The notes under the pieces were generated by a model that had not been told where the DNA came from, made no database searches, and was given only the letters and a program-made list of their open reading frames with translations. From positions 1 through 59,113 of the forward strand of contig CAYXZO010000005.1 in NCBI GenBank assembly GCA_964469505.1: a stretch of DNA of 59,113 nucleotides, read 5' to 3'. Positions 48,596-58,917 of the stretch are shown here, one piece after another; the stretch's first letter is position 1, and every line of letters starts with the position of its first letter. The translations under genes and the position numbers were made by a program. Source of the DNA: an uncultured Lentisphaeria bacterium (GTDB lineage Bacteria > Fidelibacterota > UBA8477 > JABMPR01).

Positions 48596-49140
48596 GTACT
48601 TTCACCGGTGGCAAATGGCATGGTCAACCTCTGCCTTCAGTAGGCAAATTGCGCTTACGTCCCACCAGTAGTCGTGTTCGGAGAGTTCTTTTTGATAGCT
48701 TGGGGGCAGTAGATGGATTTCGGGTTTTGGATCTTTATAGCGGTACCGGCGCCTTGGGGTTCGAGGCCTTAAGTCGGGGCGCCGCCAGTGTGGTCTCCAT
48801 CGATAAATCCTCCAAGGCGATTCTGAAACAGAAACAATGGGCGGAGCAGCATCTACCTGCGGCAGCATACAAAGGGTATGCGGCTTCCCTTCCGGGGGCT
48901 TTGAAGCGCCTCAGTGGGGGTTTTGAGCTGATTATGGCTGATCCTCCGTATTCACAACCACTAAAGAGCGATATGTTAATGTCCCTAGTAGAACTGCTGG
49001 CACCGGAGGGTTGGTTGGTTTATGAAACTGATGTTCACCTCAAAGAAATACCGCAGGCTGAAGGATTAACGCTGGCACGGGATAAAAAGGTGGGGGAGAC
49101 ACGCCTATTGTTTTATCGTAACCAGGGAGTGGGATCATGA
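48592..49140 (+). CDS. rsmD: 16S rRNA m2G966 methyltransferase RsmD
   Basis: LRPTSSRVRRVLF, VLDLYSGTGALGFEALSRGA, ADPPY; adjacent to coaD. Confidence 0.92.
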   Translation: MSTFTGGKWHGQPLPSVGKLRLRPTSSRVRRVLFDSLGAVDGFRVLDLYSGTGALGFEALSRGAASVVSIDKSSKAILKQKQWAEQHLPAAAYKGYAASLPGALKRLSGGFELIMADPPYSQPLKSDMLMSLVELLAPEGWLVYETDVHLKEIPQAEGLTLARDKKVGETRLLFYRNQGVGS

Positions 49141-49613
49141 AAGCTATTTATCCCGGTACTTTCGATCCGATCACTTTGGGCCATATAGATGTAATCGAAC
49201 GGGCAACTTCAATTTTCGATGAAGTGATCGTGGCGGTCGGACATAACATCGGCAAGAAGCCTCTTTTTACCGTTGAAGAACGGATGGATATGATTCGAGA
49301 GACCACCAAACATATTCGCGGTGTTTCGGTGGATTATTTCGACGGCCTGATTGTGGATTATGCCCGTTCCGTAGGAGCTAAAGTGATGATTCGCGGCCTG
49401 CGAGCTATTTCAGATTTCGAGTTCGAATTCCAGATGGCTTTAGTGAACCGTACTCTCTATCCGGAGATGGTCCAGGTGTTTCTGATGCCCCATGAAGCAT
49501 ACACCCACCTTAATTCTACTGTGGTCCGCGAAGTCGCCAGCTTCGGCGGAGATGTCAGTCCTTTTGTGGCTCCGTATGTCGTATTGAAATTGAAGGAAAA
49601 GTTCAGTAAATGA
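49137..49613 (+). CDS. coaD: Phosphopantetheine adenylyltransferase
   Basis: YPGTFDPITLGHIDVI, RGLRAISDFEFEFQMA, LNSTVVREVA. Confidence 0.97.
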   Translation: MKAIYPGTFDPITLGHIDVIERATSIFDEVIVAVGHNIGKKPLFTVEERMDMIRETTKHIRGVSVDYFDGLIVDYARSVGAKVMIRGLRAISDFEFEFQMALVNRTLYPEMVQVFLMPHEAYTHLNSTVVREVASFGGDVSPFVAPYVVLKLKEKFSK

Positions 49614-50596
49614 ACTTTTTAGAACGACTTCAACGACGAGCTGCGGCCTTAAAAAAACATGTGGTTCTTCCCGAAGGAGATGATCCCCGGGTGGTAAAAG
49701 CAGCCCGGGAATTGGTGGATCGCGGAATTTGCCAGGTGACGCTCATTGGTGAGCCCACCACCGTGGGGGCTGCAGCCAATGAAGCCAATGTAAGTCTGGA
49801 TGGAATTCAGCGCCTATCGCCTCGAGAAGATCCTGATTTTTCAAGTCTGGCAGCAAGTTATCATCAATTGCGCCAGGCCAAAGGTGTAAGTCGCCAGACT
49901 GCAGAACAGGAATTGCGGGATCCCGTGTTTTATGCCGCTATGCTGGTGCGGGAAGGTTATATGGACGCGGTAGTAGCGGGAGCGGCCCACGCCACCGCCC
50001 ATGTTCTAAGGGCTGGCTTACGTACCATTGGCGTCAGGGAAGGTTTTTCGGTGGTTTCATCTTGTTTTTTAATGATCAGCCCAGACCATGAACACATTCT
50101 GGGCTATGGGGACTGTGGCGTGATTCCCCGACCCACGCCCCACCAGCTGGCGGATATTGCGTTGAGTACTGCTGATACTTTTCAGTTACTTGCGGAGCGC
50201 CCCCCAAAAGTTGCTTTCCTGAGTTTTTCCACCAAAGGAAGTGCGGAACATGAAGAAATTGAAAGAGTTAGAGAAGCGGTGAAGTTGACTATGAAACGAG
50301 CGCCGCACCTGCCAGTGGATGGAGAGTTGCAAGCTGATGCGGCTTTGGTGCCTTCCGTAGGTCGGAAGAAAGCACCGAACAGTCCGGTAGCAGGTCATGC
50401 TAACATATTGATATTTCCTGATTTAAATGCCGGTAATATTGCTTATAAAATCACCGAGCGGCTGGCTGGCTTTACGGCTCTGGGACCACTATTGCAGGGG
50501 ATGGCCAAACCAATGCATGATTTGTCCCGAGGATGTAAAGCCGAGGATATTGTGAATGTAGCGGCGATTGCGTGTATTCAAGCAGATTCATTCTAA
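49610..50596 (+). CDS. pta: Phosphate acetyltransferase
   Basis: VVLPEGDDPRV, LSFSTKGSA, DGELQADAA, LIFPDLNAGNIAYK, GPLLQGMAKPMHDLSRG. Confidence 0.94.
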   Translation: MNFLERLQRRAAALKKHVVLPEGDDPRVVKAARELVDRGICQVTLIGEPTTVGAAANEANVSLDGIQRLSPREDPDFSSLAASYHQLRQAKGVSRQTAEQELRDPVFYAAMLVREGYMDAVVAGAAHATAHVLRAGLRTIGVREGFSVVSSCFLMISPDHEHILGYGDCGVIPRPTPHQLADIALSTADTFQLLAERPPKVAFLSFSTKGSAEHEEIERVREAVKLTMKRAPHLPVDGELQADAALVPSVGRKKAPNSPVAGHANILIFPDLNAGNIAYKITERLAGFTALGPLLQGMAKPMHDLSRGCKAEDIVNVAAIACIQADSF

Positions 50597-50626
50597 TGTG
50601 TTCGAAGGTAGAAGGAGGATTAAGCC

Positions 50627-50926
50627 ATGCCCATTTACGAATACAACTGTGAAAAATGTGGAAATTTCGAAGTATTTCAGCATATGTCCGATGACCCGTT
50701 GACTAATTGCCCACAGTGTAACAGCCCTGTCCGTCGTTTGATCTCCGGTGGAGTGGGATTGATTTTCAAGGGTTCAGGTTTTTATATCACAGATTACAAG
50801 CGTAATGGTAACGGCGGTTCCAATGGCCAGAAGAGCAGTACTAAAAAGGAAACGACAACGGCAAGCTCCAATTCCAAGGCCACGACCGGGGAATCGTCAG
50901 GGGGAACCACAAAAGCTAAGGAGTAG
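50627..50926 (+). CDS. FmdB family zinc-ribbon protein
   Basis: [12 protein letters not shown]...CPQC...[11 protein letters not shown], low-complexity tail. Confidence 0.9.
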   Translation: MPIYEYNCEKCGNFEVFQHMSDDPLTNCPQCNSPVRRLISGGVGLIFKGSGFYITDYKRNGNGGSNGQKSSTKKETTTASSNSKATTGESSGGTTKAKE

Positions 50927-50928
50927 TT

Positions 50929-52320
50929 ATGTTCAAGAATTTACAACCACCTACTGATGGTGAAAAAATCCGCAAGGCAGGTGGCGAGTTACAAGTCCCG
51001 GACAAACCGGTTATCCCTTTTATCGAAGGTGATGGGACCGGGCCGGATATCTGGCGCGCCACCCGTAGAGTTCTCGAAGCGGCGGTCGAAAAGGCTTATG
51101 GTGGTAAGCGTAGTATCATCTGGTTTGAGGTTTACGCTGGTGAAAAGGCTTTCCGCAAGTTTGGGGAATGGCTACCGCAGGATACCGTGCAAGCCTTCCG
51201 GGAATATCTAATAGGCATCAAGGGACCGTTGACAACCCCGGTTGGGGGCGGCATCCGTTCTTTGAATGTCGCCCTACGTCAAACTCTGGATTTATACGTG
51301 TGCTTGCGTCCCGTAAAGTATTATGATGGAGTTCCTTCGCCTGTTAAGCACCCCGAATACGTGGATATGGTGATTTTCCGTGAAAATACGGAAGATATTT
51401 ATGCTGGTATAGAGTGGGCGGAGGGCACGCCGGAGGTAAAGAAAGTCATCCGTTTCCTCCAGGAGGAAATGGGGGTTAAAAAGATTCGTTTCCCCGAAAC
51501 CTCTGGTATCGGCATCAAACCGGTTTCGCGGGAGGGTACCGAACGACTGGTCAAGGCGGCCATCGAGTATGCTTTGAAGTACGGTCGCAAGTCGGTGACC
51601 ATGGTTCACAAAGGCAATATCATGAAATTCACTGAAGGCGCCTTCAAGAATTGGGGATACGCTGCAGCTACTCGCGACTATCGCGATAAAGTTGTTACCC
51701 AGCGGGAAGCCTGGATTCTAGACAATCGCGAGCGTTATCCCAATGCCAGCATCGAAGACATCGCCAAGATGATTGAACCAGGCTATGGTATGATGATTCC
51801 CGACAAGCAAGCCGAAATCCGCCGGGAAGTGGAAGAAGGGCTGAAGTTGTGGCCTACCCACGGCGATGGAAAATGGAAAGATAAACTTTTGATTCGGGAT
51901 ACTATTGCCGACATAACCTTGCAGCAAATACTCACCAGAGCCAAGGAATTCGATGTCATTGCAACCTTGAACCTTAACGGTGATTATTTGTCCGATGCCC
52001 TGGCGGCGCAGGTGGGTGGTATCGGCATTGCTCCCGGAGCTAACATCAACTATGAGTCCGGCCACGCCATCTTTGAAGCAACCCACGGCACTGCACCGAA
52101 ATATGCCAATCTGGACAAGGTTAATCCTGGCTCACTGGTACTGTCCGGAGCCTTGATGCTCGAGTACATGGGGTGGACGGAAGCTTCGGAGCTGATCCAT
52201 AAGGCTATGAGCAAAACTATTGCGGCCAAAACCGTGACATACGATTTTCACCGTCTCATGGAAGGTGCTGCCCTGTTGAAATGCTCCGAATTCGGAGATG
52301 CACTAATCGCCAATATGTAA
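50929..52320 (+). CDS. icd: Isocitrate dehydrogenase (NADP, E. coli-type) with insertion
   Basis: [70 protein letters not shown]. Confidence 0.96.
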   Translation: MFKNLQPPTDGEKIRKAGGELQVPDKPVIPFIEGDGTGPDIWRATRRVLEAAVEKAYGGKRSIIWFEVYAGEKAFRKFGEWLPQDTVQAFREYLIGIKGPLTTPVGGGIRSLNVALRQTLDLYVCLRPVKYYDGVPSPVKHPEYVDMVIFRENTEDIYAGIEWAEGTPEVKKVIRFLQEEMGVKKIRFPETSGIGIKPVSREGTERLVKAAIEYALKYGRKSVTMVHKGNIMKFTEGAFKNWGYAAATRDYRDKVVTQREAWILDNRERYPNASIEDIAKMIEPGYGMMIPDKQAEIRREVEEGLKLWPTHGDGKWKDKLLIRDTIADITLQQILTRAKEFDVIATLNLNGDYLSDALAAQVGGIGIAPGANINYESGHAIFEATHGTAPKYANLDKVNPGSLVLSGALMLEYMGWTEASELIHKAMSKTIAAKTVTYDFHRLMEGAALLKCSEFGDALIANM

Positions 52321-52340
52321 AATCTGCGCTTGGAATCGGT

Positions 52341-52376
52341 AACAAAAAGCCCCGCTTCCTGGCGGGGCTTTTTGTT
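52341..52376. terminator. Bidirectional intrinsic terminator
   Basis: Perfect 15-bp inverted repeat AACAAAAAGCCCCGC-TTCCTG-GCGGGGCTTTTTGTT between convergent icd and the EEP gene. Confidence 0.92.
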
Positions 52377-52395
52377 ATTCTCGACAACACTTAAA

Positions 52396-53421
52396 TCAAT
52401 AATGCCAAGCTATCTTACAGAACACCATCAGATGGTCAGAGTACCCCCCCAAATAATTGCCGCCGGCATACATCCGAAAGGGCCACCCCTTGAAACGTCC
52501 GCTGGTTTGGAGAAGATACGGGCGTAGAAACTGATGAGTTGAATTAGTCACCCAGGAAAAACCCTTATCATCCAGCATGCCTTTGGAGATGATGATCTGA
52601 TCGATGACCACCCATTGGCCGCGGTGCATGTAGGTCCCGGCATCAGGATTCAGATGGAGCGGCCAGGTAGTGTTGTACAGATCCAGGCTCAGCATTTTAT
52701 TATAGCTAGGTCGCGCCCCTAATACCTTCAGAACCGATGCATTGTCGGGATGGTCATTAAGATCGCCCACGATGAGAATATCAGCTGCCGGGTGGGTCTG
52801 CAGAATCACGTTAATACGGGCCCGTAAAACTGCGGCTGCTTTACGACGTTTGGGGTCCGTTTCTTTGGTTCCACCCCAACGGGAGGGCCAGTGGTTGACG
52901 AACACATAAAGTCTGGGGGCGTCCGGTGCATTGCGACGTTCTATGGGGATCAGTACCGCTTCCACGATTTCACGGGTACGATCCCCACCTGCCAGAAGAA
53001 CCGGATGGAAACGTAACTCCTTGAGATAGAATAAGGTAGAATCGTAAATCAAAGCACAATCAATGCCCCGCTCATCAGGCGAATCCCGCTCAATAACCGC
53101 ATAATTTTTCCGCTGGAGATAACCGCGGACCAGCTGCAGGAGAACGGCCTTGTTTTCAATTTCGGCCAGCCCTAAAAGATCGGGATTTACTTCGTTTATT
53201 ACCTGAGCTAAGTGTTCAAACTTGTTTCTCAGGCGTTCTTCCGTCCATTGATATTTGCCGGTAGGAGTGAAGTCCTCATCGCGGGTGAGCGGTTCGTCTA
53301 CCGTATCAAACAGATTCTCGACGTTCCAGAATGCGGCCAGGTATGTCTTTTCTCCTGCATGAAGGGTGATGGACAATCCCGCTAATAAAAGTGAAAGTAC
53401 CCATTTATGAACCTTACGCAT
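52396..53421 (-). CDS. Exported endonuclease/exonuclease/phosphatase (EEP) family protein
   Basis: Signal peptide; FWNVENLFD, LAEIEN, DERGIDCALIY, VNHWPSR, GDLND, DQIIIS, GGYSDHL. Confidence 0.9.
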   Translation of the reverse strand: MRKVHKWVLSLLLAGLSITLHAGEKTYLAAFWNVENLFDTVDEPLTRDEDFTPTGKYQWTEERLRNKFEHLAQVINEVNPDLLGLAEIENKAVLLQLVRGYLQRKNYAVIERDSPDERGIDCALIYDSTLFYLKELRFHPVLLAGGDRTREIVEAVLIPIERRNAPDAPRLYVFVNHWPSRWGGTKETDPKRRKAAAVLRARINVILQTHPAADILIVGDLNDHPDNASVLKVLGARPSYNKMLSLDLYNTTWPLHLNPDAGTYMHRGQWVVIDQIIISKGMLDDKGFSWVTNSTHQFLRPYLLQTSGRFKGWPFRMYAGGNYLGGYSDHLMVFCKIAWHY

Positions 53422-53423
53422 GA

Positions 53424-55283
53424 TTACATTTCCTTTTCAGCAATTAGGAGCTTACCCGGTACGAAACGCGCTGATTTGACCAAATCAGGGGAGACATAAA
53501 CGACTCCCTCTTCATCATGGGGGGCCAGGTACCGGGTATGAACTGATTTCAAACCGCCCATCCAGGCACGTTTATCGGAAATGTACACCAGATCTCCCTC
53601 TTCGGCGGCCATCCGCTCCATATCCTTTTTGGAAAAACGGGCGCCGGAGGAGGGAAGAGTGGCATCCTCCCGCCAGTTGAGCAGTACCTTTTCACCTTCG
53701 CGGTCGTTGGTCGGACCACCTTTGAAGTGTTCACGAGCTTTTTGTAGAGTCCAGGCGGTGAACCCCTGGAGCTTTTCTTCTTTAGGCGGTTTGGTGAGGT
53801 AAGTCGCCACCACTGCCACCGCTAGGCATACAAAAGTATTATACAAGGCACGGATATAGGTATAAGGATGATCGGGGTCCATAGCAATACCATGGGAGAA
53901 AGGTTTAATAAAGATTTCAGGATAATGGTTTCCGAGCCACATCAACGTAGCACCACCTACAAAGGTAGCAATGGCGGCCGGGGTCGTGTATCGTTTCCAG
54001 AAAATTCCTAAGAAAATAGCCACCACTAATGGGGGAGTCATGGTGCTGTGGAAGAAAGCGTGGGCCTCGTACAAGGTGGGGAATTTCATGAAGAAAGTTA
54101 CACTTACGGCGCCCAGAATGGTTGCGAGAGCGGAAACCCCCATGGCGGCTCGCAGGTAGTGTTTATCGGAACGATTTGGCAACAGCGGACGATAGATATC
54201 GTTTATGGTTACGGCTGCAACGGCGTTAATCAGGGTATCCACCGTAGACATCAAGGCTGCCGCCACCGCTGCAATTAGAAAGGCAAATACCGCCTGGCTA
54301 TGGGAAATGAGATAAGCGACTTCGGTGAAAACGTGGTCCGGTTTAATGGCCGGATTCCACTCACCCGGCATCAGATTAGCAATGGCTCTTCCAATCCAAC
54401 CAGCGTTACTGACAACGATGGTGGAGATAGGCAGCAGCACCAGGACATTGAAAGCAGCGGCTTTACGGCCCTCATCTACGGATTTGGTAGCCATGAAGCG
54501 CATTACCAGGCCCTGATTCATAAAAAGGAATCCGATGGAACCGGCCACGCCGTCCTGCCAGAAAATCCCCACGAAGTTGAAGTCAGAGGGCTTATTGAAA
54601 TCTGCCAGCGGTAGCTTGAATTCCGCTGGTAGGGCGCTCCAAAAACGGTGAAAACCGCCTACATGTTGGAGTCCCAACCCTAGAATCAACAAACCGGCAA
54701 AAAGGAGAATAAAGCCCTGGGCTAGGTCGGTAAAAATTACCGCCGTTTGCCCCCCGAATGTGATATAGATTCCGGCTACTAAGGCCACCACCCAAACGAT
54801 TACGTGCAGGTTCCAGCCAAGGATGGGTTCCAGGGTTTTACCCATGGTCAGAAAACCGATTGCGATGTATCCGATCATATAGCCCAGAATAGCGATGGTA
54901 GCCAGAATCCGGGTGACTTTGTTAAACCGGCGTTCAAGGTAGTCGGGAATGGACTGAATCCGGGTGTAGTAGACAATGGGTAACCAACCAAATAGGAAGA
55001 ACGGCATGAAGAACCAATCGTTCATATAGGTCATTGTGGAACTGAAGCCGTACTGGTAGGCTTTAGCGGAATATTTTAAAAATGAGTGACTACCCACACC
55101 GGTGGCTACGATGGACATGGTTATTAGCCACCAGGAGAAGCGACGGCCACTAAAGAAAAAATCGCTGGTTGTTTGGTTATATTTAGAGAAATAAGAACCA
55201 AAACCTAGAATAATGACGAAATAGCCGATAATGATGGCCCAAAAGATTGGCGATGTGTGAATTTCTGGCCCCATAACAATCAC
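53424..55283 (-). CDS. Sodium:solute symporter (SSS) with soluble C-terminal extension
   Basis: FFFSGRRFSWW, YLERRF, GGQTAVIFTDLAQ, AALMSTVDT, many TMs; about 95-aa polar C-terminal domain. Confidence 0.9.
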   Translation of the reverse strand: MIVMGPEIHTSPIFWAIIIGYFVIILGFGSYFSKYNQTTSDFFFSGRRFSWWLITMSIVATGVGSHSFLKYSAKAYQYGFSSTMTYMNDWFFMPFFLFGWLPIVYYTRIQSIPDYLERRFNKVTRILATIAILGYMIGYIAIGFLTMGKTLEPILGWNLHVIVWVVALVAGIYITFGGQTAVIFTDLAQGFILLFAGLLILGLGLQHVGGFHRFWSALPAEFKLPLADFNKPSDFNFVGIFWQDGVAGSIGFLFMNQGLVMRFMATKSVDEGRKAAAFNVLVLLPISTIVVSNAGWIGRAIANLMPGEWNPAIKPDHVFTEVAYLISHSQAVFAFLIAAVAAALMSTVDTLINAVAAVTINDIYRPLLPNRSDKHYLRAAMGVSALATILGAVSVTFFMKFPTLYEAHAFFHSTMTPPLVVAIFLGIFWKRYTTPAAIATFVGGATLMWLGNHYPEIFIKPFSHGIAMDPDHPYTYIRALYNTFVCLAVAVVATYLTKPPKEEKLQGFTAWTLQKAREHFKGGPTNDREGEKVLLNWREDATLPSSGARFSKKDMERMAAEEGDLVYISDKRAWMGGLKSVHTRYLAPHDEEGVVYVSPDLVKSARFVPGKLLIAEKEM

Positions 55284-55284
55284 C

Positions 55285-55515
55285 TCACCAATGCAGGGCT
55301 GCGTAGGTTAAGAATAGATGGATAAAGGCGTAATAGAAGTAGCCGAATAATAGGATTTTCAGCCAAAAGCGGTCCCGTTTTCGGCGTCGATCAAGAGAGC
55401 CCATCTTCAGAATCAATATCATCCCAATAAAGAAGAAAAGTCCACCTACCCCATACAGGTACAAATAGGGGAGCCAGGTTCTGGTAAAAGGCAAGACGAC
55501 AAGCAGTTCATGCAT
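55285..55515 (-). CDS. Small two-TM membrane protein upstream of the SSS gene
   Basis: 76 aa, two hydrophobic helices flanking a basic loop; stop lies 1 nt before the SSS start. Confidence 0.75.
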   Translation of the reverse strand: MHELLVVLPFTRTWLPYLYLYGVGGLFFFIGMILILKMGSLDRRRKRDRFWLKILLFGYFYYAFIHLFLTYAALHW

Positions 55516-55692
55516 AGGCTTCTTCCTTCTTTTTTGAAAGCTGAAATTAAAGGGAGGTCGGGGATTTCAAAGATATATCGTTTTATTCGTCGGAATAATT
55601 GTGGCAATTTCAAAGGTGTTTTAAAGGGGATTGAATTAGCCCCGTTGATAAAAATCTGCATTGCTGGGATGGCAATGTGAAGACCTGATTTG

Positions 55693-55767
55693 TCGGGGTG
55701 AGAGGATTCGAACCTCCGACCTCTTCGTCCCGAACGAAGCGCGCTAACCGGACTGCGCTACACCCCG
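55693..55767 (-). tRNA. tRNA-Pro (CGG)
   Basis: Reverse complement CGGGGTGTAGCGCAGTCCGGTTAGCGCG-CTTCG-TTCGGGA-CGAAG-AGGTCGGAGGTTCGAATCCTCTCACCCCGA. Confidence 0.97.
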
Positions 55768-55788
55768 TACTTCCTTAAAAAGCGGCCA

Positions 55789-55817
55789 ATTATAAACCAT
55801 TACAGTGCGGCAGGCAA
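55789..55817 (-). promoter_or_regulatory. sigma70-type promoter of tRNA-Pro
   Basis: Minus strand TTGCCT-17 nt-TATAAT then GC-rich TGGCCGC; same -35 hexamer as the tRNA-Gly promoter. Confidence 0.65.
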
Positions 55818-55925
55818 ATTGATTTAATTCATTTATTAACTGTGGTTGCGCAGGTATAGGCTCGCAGTTATACTTCCATGTTTTTTGCCAGAGCTAGCAG
55901 AATGAAGCAGGAGGAAAAGAAATAC

Positions 55926-58376
55926 ATGGCAGCTAAAAAATATCCGTTTCTTGACATTGAGCCCAAATGGCAAAAATACTGGCTTGAAAACAAAACCTTT
56001 CGGGCTATCGATAATTTAGAGACAAAACCCAAGTTCTACGTTCTGGATATGTTTCCCTATCCCAGTGGAGCTGGGCTGCATGTGGGGCACCCTGAAGGCT
56101 ACACCGCCACTGATATCGTGGCTCGTTATAAACGCATGCAGGGTTATAATGTGTTGCATCCCATGGGGTGGGATGCCTTTGGTTTACCAGCCGAGCAGTA
56201 CGCCATCGAGACCGGTCGCCATCCCGCCGAGAAAACTGCCGAAAACATTGCCACTTTCAAGCGCCAAATCCAGGCCCTGGGTTTCAGTTACGATTGGGAC
56301 CGAGAGCTGGCCACTACGGATGAGAAATACTACAAGTGGACCCAGTGGATTTTCCTGCAGCTTTTCAAAAAAGGTTTAGCCTACGAGGCTGAAGTACCAG
56401 TGAATTGGTGCCCGGCTTTGGGAACGGTATTAGCCAACGAAGAAGTAATTGATGGCAAAAGTGAGCGGGGAGGATATCCAGTAATCCGCAAACCCATGCG
56501 GCAATGGATGCTGAAAATCACCGCCTATGCCGATCGTTTGCTGGAAGACCTGGATGATCTGGATTGGCCGGAATCGGTCAAAGAAATGCAACGCAACTGG
56601 ATCGGACGTAGCGAAGGGGCGGACGTCTATTTCCCGCTGGAGAGTTTACCGGAGAAGCTGAGGGTTTTTACCACCCGACCGGATACCCTTTTCGGCGCTA
56701 CGTATATGGTCCTGGCTCCCGAACATCCTTTGGTAGATAAGCTCACGACTCCTGAACATAGGAAGGAGATGGAGGCTTATAAGGAGCAGGCCGCCCGGAA
56801 GAGCGATTTAGCTCGTACGGATTTGAACAAAGAAAAAACCGGAGTTTTTACTGGTTCTTACGCCATTAATCCTGTTAATCAGAAGCGGATACCCATCTGG
56901 GTCAGCGATTATGTGCTGATGACCTACGGATCGGGAGCCATCATGGCGGTTCCAGCCCATGATGAACGGGATTATGAATTTGCTAAAAAGTATCAGCTGC
57001 CCATAGTTGAGGTGGTTAAAGGCGGTGATATTGCAAAAGCAGCCTATACCGATATTGAAGAAGGTGCAATGGTAAATTCTACCACACCCGATGGCAGTTT
57101 CAGTATTGACGGGCTTCAACCAAAAGAGGCAATCCCCAAGATTATCAAGTGGTTAGAGGAAACAGGTAAAGGAAAGAAAGCCGTTAACTATAAGCTGAGG
57201 GATTGGCTTTTCTCGCGCCAGCGGTACTGGGGTGAACCGATCCCCATCTTACATGATGAAGACGGTAACGCCATTCCTCTATCCGAAAGTGATTTGCCGC
57301 TGACCTTACCGGTCCTGGATAAAATTAAACCTACCGGTACAGGTGAATCTCCGCTAGCCAACGCGAAAGAATGGCTGCATGTGGTTGATCCTCAGACGGG
57401 TAAAGTGTATCGCCGTGAGACCAATACCATGCCGCAGTGGGCAGGGTCCTGTTGGTATTACCTGCGCTTTATTGATCCCCACAATGACGAACGCCCCTGG
57501 GATCCGGAGAAGGAAAAATACTGGATGCCGGTAGATCTGTATATCGGGGGAGCGGAGCACGCTGTCTTGCATTTGCTATATGCTCGTTTCTGGCACAAAG
57601 TACTGTACGACTTGGGGTACGTGTCCACGAAGGAGCCTTTCCAGAAGCTGGTCAATCAGGGCATGATCCTTGGTGAAGACGGAGAGAAGATGTCCAAATC
57701 CCGGGGGAATGTCATTAATCCTGATCAAGTGATTCGGGAGTACGGAGCCGACACCATGCGTCTGTACGAGATGTTCATGGGCCCCTTGGAGCGCACCAAA
57801 CCCTGGAATACTAAGGGGATCGAAGGTGTGCATCGCTTTTTGAATCGGGTATGGTTTCATAATGTCGATGAAACGGGAGCACTTCGAAACCTGACAAACG
57901 ATGAACCATCCGAAGAAGTACTAAAATCTCTGCACAGGACAATAAAAAAGGTCACTGAAGATATAGAGAATTTAGCCTTTAATACTGCTATCGCGCAGCT
58001 AATGGTATTTCATAATGAATTAAGGCGATTACCAGCTGTCCCACGTAAGGTGCTCGAGATTTTCTTGCAATTGCTGAATCCTTTCGCTCCTCACATCACC
58101 GAAGAATTGTGGAGTAAGTTGGGGCATCAGGAGACTATGGCTTATGAACCATGGCCGACATACGATGAGAAGTATTTGGTTCAAGAACAAGTCACCTATG
58201 CCATTCAGGTCAACGGTAAGTTGCGGGGCTCTCTGGTGATCGATAGGGAAGCGTCGGAAGCGGAAGTTGTGGAACAGGCTAAAAATCTTCCGCGTGTGGC
58301 CCATCACCTTGAAGGTAAACAGATTAGAAAGACAATCTTCGTTCCGCAGAAAATCGTCAACTTCGTAGCAAAGTAA
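55926..58376 (+). CDS. leuS: Leucine--tRNA ligase
   Basis: [23 protein letters not shown] editing domain, [20 protein letters not shown]; ATG 55926 after AGGAGG (ORF track start 55878). Confidence 0.98.
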   Translation: MAAKKYPFLDIEPKWQKYWLENKTFRAIDNLETKPKFYVLDMFPYPSGAGLHVGHPEGYTATDIVARYKRMQGYNVLHPMGWDAFGLPAEQYAIETGRHPAEKTAENIATFKRQIQALGFSYDWDRELATTDEKYYKWTQWIFLQLFKKGLAYEAEVPVNWCPALGTVLANEEVIDGKSERGGYPVIRKPMRQWMLKITAYADRLLEDLDDLDWPESVKEMQRNWIGRSEGADVYFPLESLPEKLRVFTTRPDTLFGATYMVLAPEHPLVDKLTTPEHRKEMEAYKEQAARKSDLARTDLNKEKTGVFTGSYAINPVNQKRIPIWVSDYVLMTYGSGAIMAVPAHDERDYEFAKKYQLPIVEVVKGGDIAKAAYTDIEEGAMVNSTTPDGSFSIDGLQPKEAIPKIIKWLEETGKGKKAVNYKLRDWLFSRQRYWGEPIPILHDEDGNAIPLSESDLPLTLPVLDKIKPTGTGESPLANAKEWLHVVDPQTGKVYRRETNTMPQWAGSCWYYLRFIDPHNDERPWDPEKEKYWMPVDLYIGGAEHAVLHLLYARFWHKVLYDLGYVSTKEPFQKLVNQGMILGEDGEKMSKSRGNVINPDQVIREYGADTMRLYEMFMGPLERTKPWNTKGIEGVHRFLNRVWFHNVDETGALRNLTNDEPSEEVLKSLHRTIKKVTEDIENLAFNTAIAQLMVFHNELRRLPAVPRKVLEIFLQLLNPFAPHITEELWSKLGHQETMAYEPWPTYDEKYLVQEQVTYAIQVNGKLRGSLVIDREASEAEVVEQAKNLPRVAHHLEGKQIRKTIFVPQKIVNFVAK

Positions 58377-58391
58377 ATAGATACCTCTTTT

Positions 58392-58451
58392 AAACGGCTT
58401 CTGCTTGTCCTATCCGTGGATATTCGGTAGGGAAGCAGAAGCTGTTTTTTT
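58392..58451 (+). terminator. Long hairpin terminator after leuS
   Basis: AAACGGCTTCTGCTT...AAGCAGAAGCTGTTT (15 bp, one G-U) followed by T run. Confidence 0.75.
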
Positions 58452-58590
58452 ACAGAAGGAGGCTTAAGGAGCTTCATTACAGCGGTTCTATATTTTGCAT
58501 ATCTACTACTTGACATAATATATATTAACTGGAATTAATATTTGTGGCTGGAGATGGTCCTAAATAATTATATCGGGTGCAGCAAGCGTT

Positions 58591-58917
58591 CTAACGTTTC
58601 AATTCTCCCGCCAACCAATCCAAATATCCGGGTGAACTGTAACTGGCAGGTATTAGTACTAATTCAGGCGTTTCATAGGAATGATTCAAATTAAAAAAAG
58701 CTTCAATATCGGCTTCTAAACCGGCTTTGGTCTTAAAAAGTACTAAATACTCAATCGACACTTCCAAAGATCCCTGCCACCAATAAAAAGAGCTGATTTC
58801 CGGCAAAACCTGTGCACAAGCCGCTAAACGTTGATTCACCAACTCCCTGGCAAACCGTTGGGCTTCATCTAAGGATTCAAAAGCAGTCAGGCCAATTCTA
58901 AGTTCATCGGCTTGCAT
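58591..58917 (-). CDS. cutA: Divalent-cation tolerance protein CutA
   Basis: ARELVNQRLAACAQV, SSFYWWQG, EYLVLFKT, HSYETPEL, YLDWL. Confidence 0.95.
   Translation of the reverse strand: MQADELRIGLTAFESLDEAQRFARELVNQRLAACAQVLPEISSFYWWQGSLEVSIEYLVLFKTKAGLEADIEAFFNLNHSYETPELVLIPASYSSPGYLDWLAGELKR

Noticed and set aside
58392-58451. SRP (4.5S) RNA
   Set aside because: Contains GGAAGCAG but lacks the CAGG-stem-GNRA arrangement of SRP helix 8.
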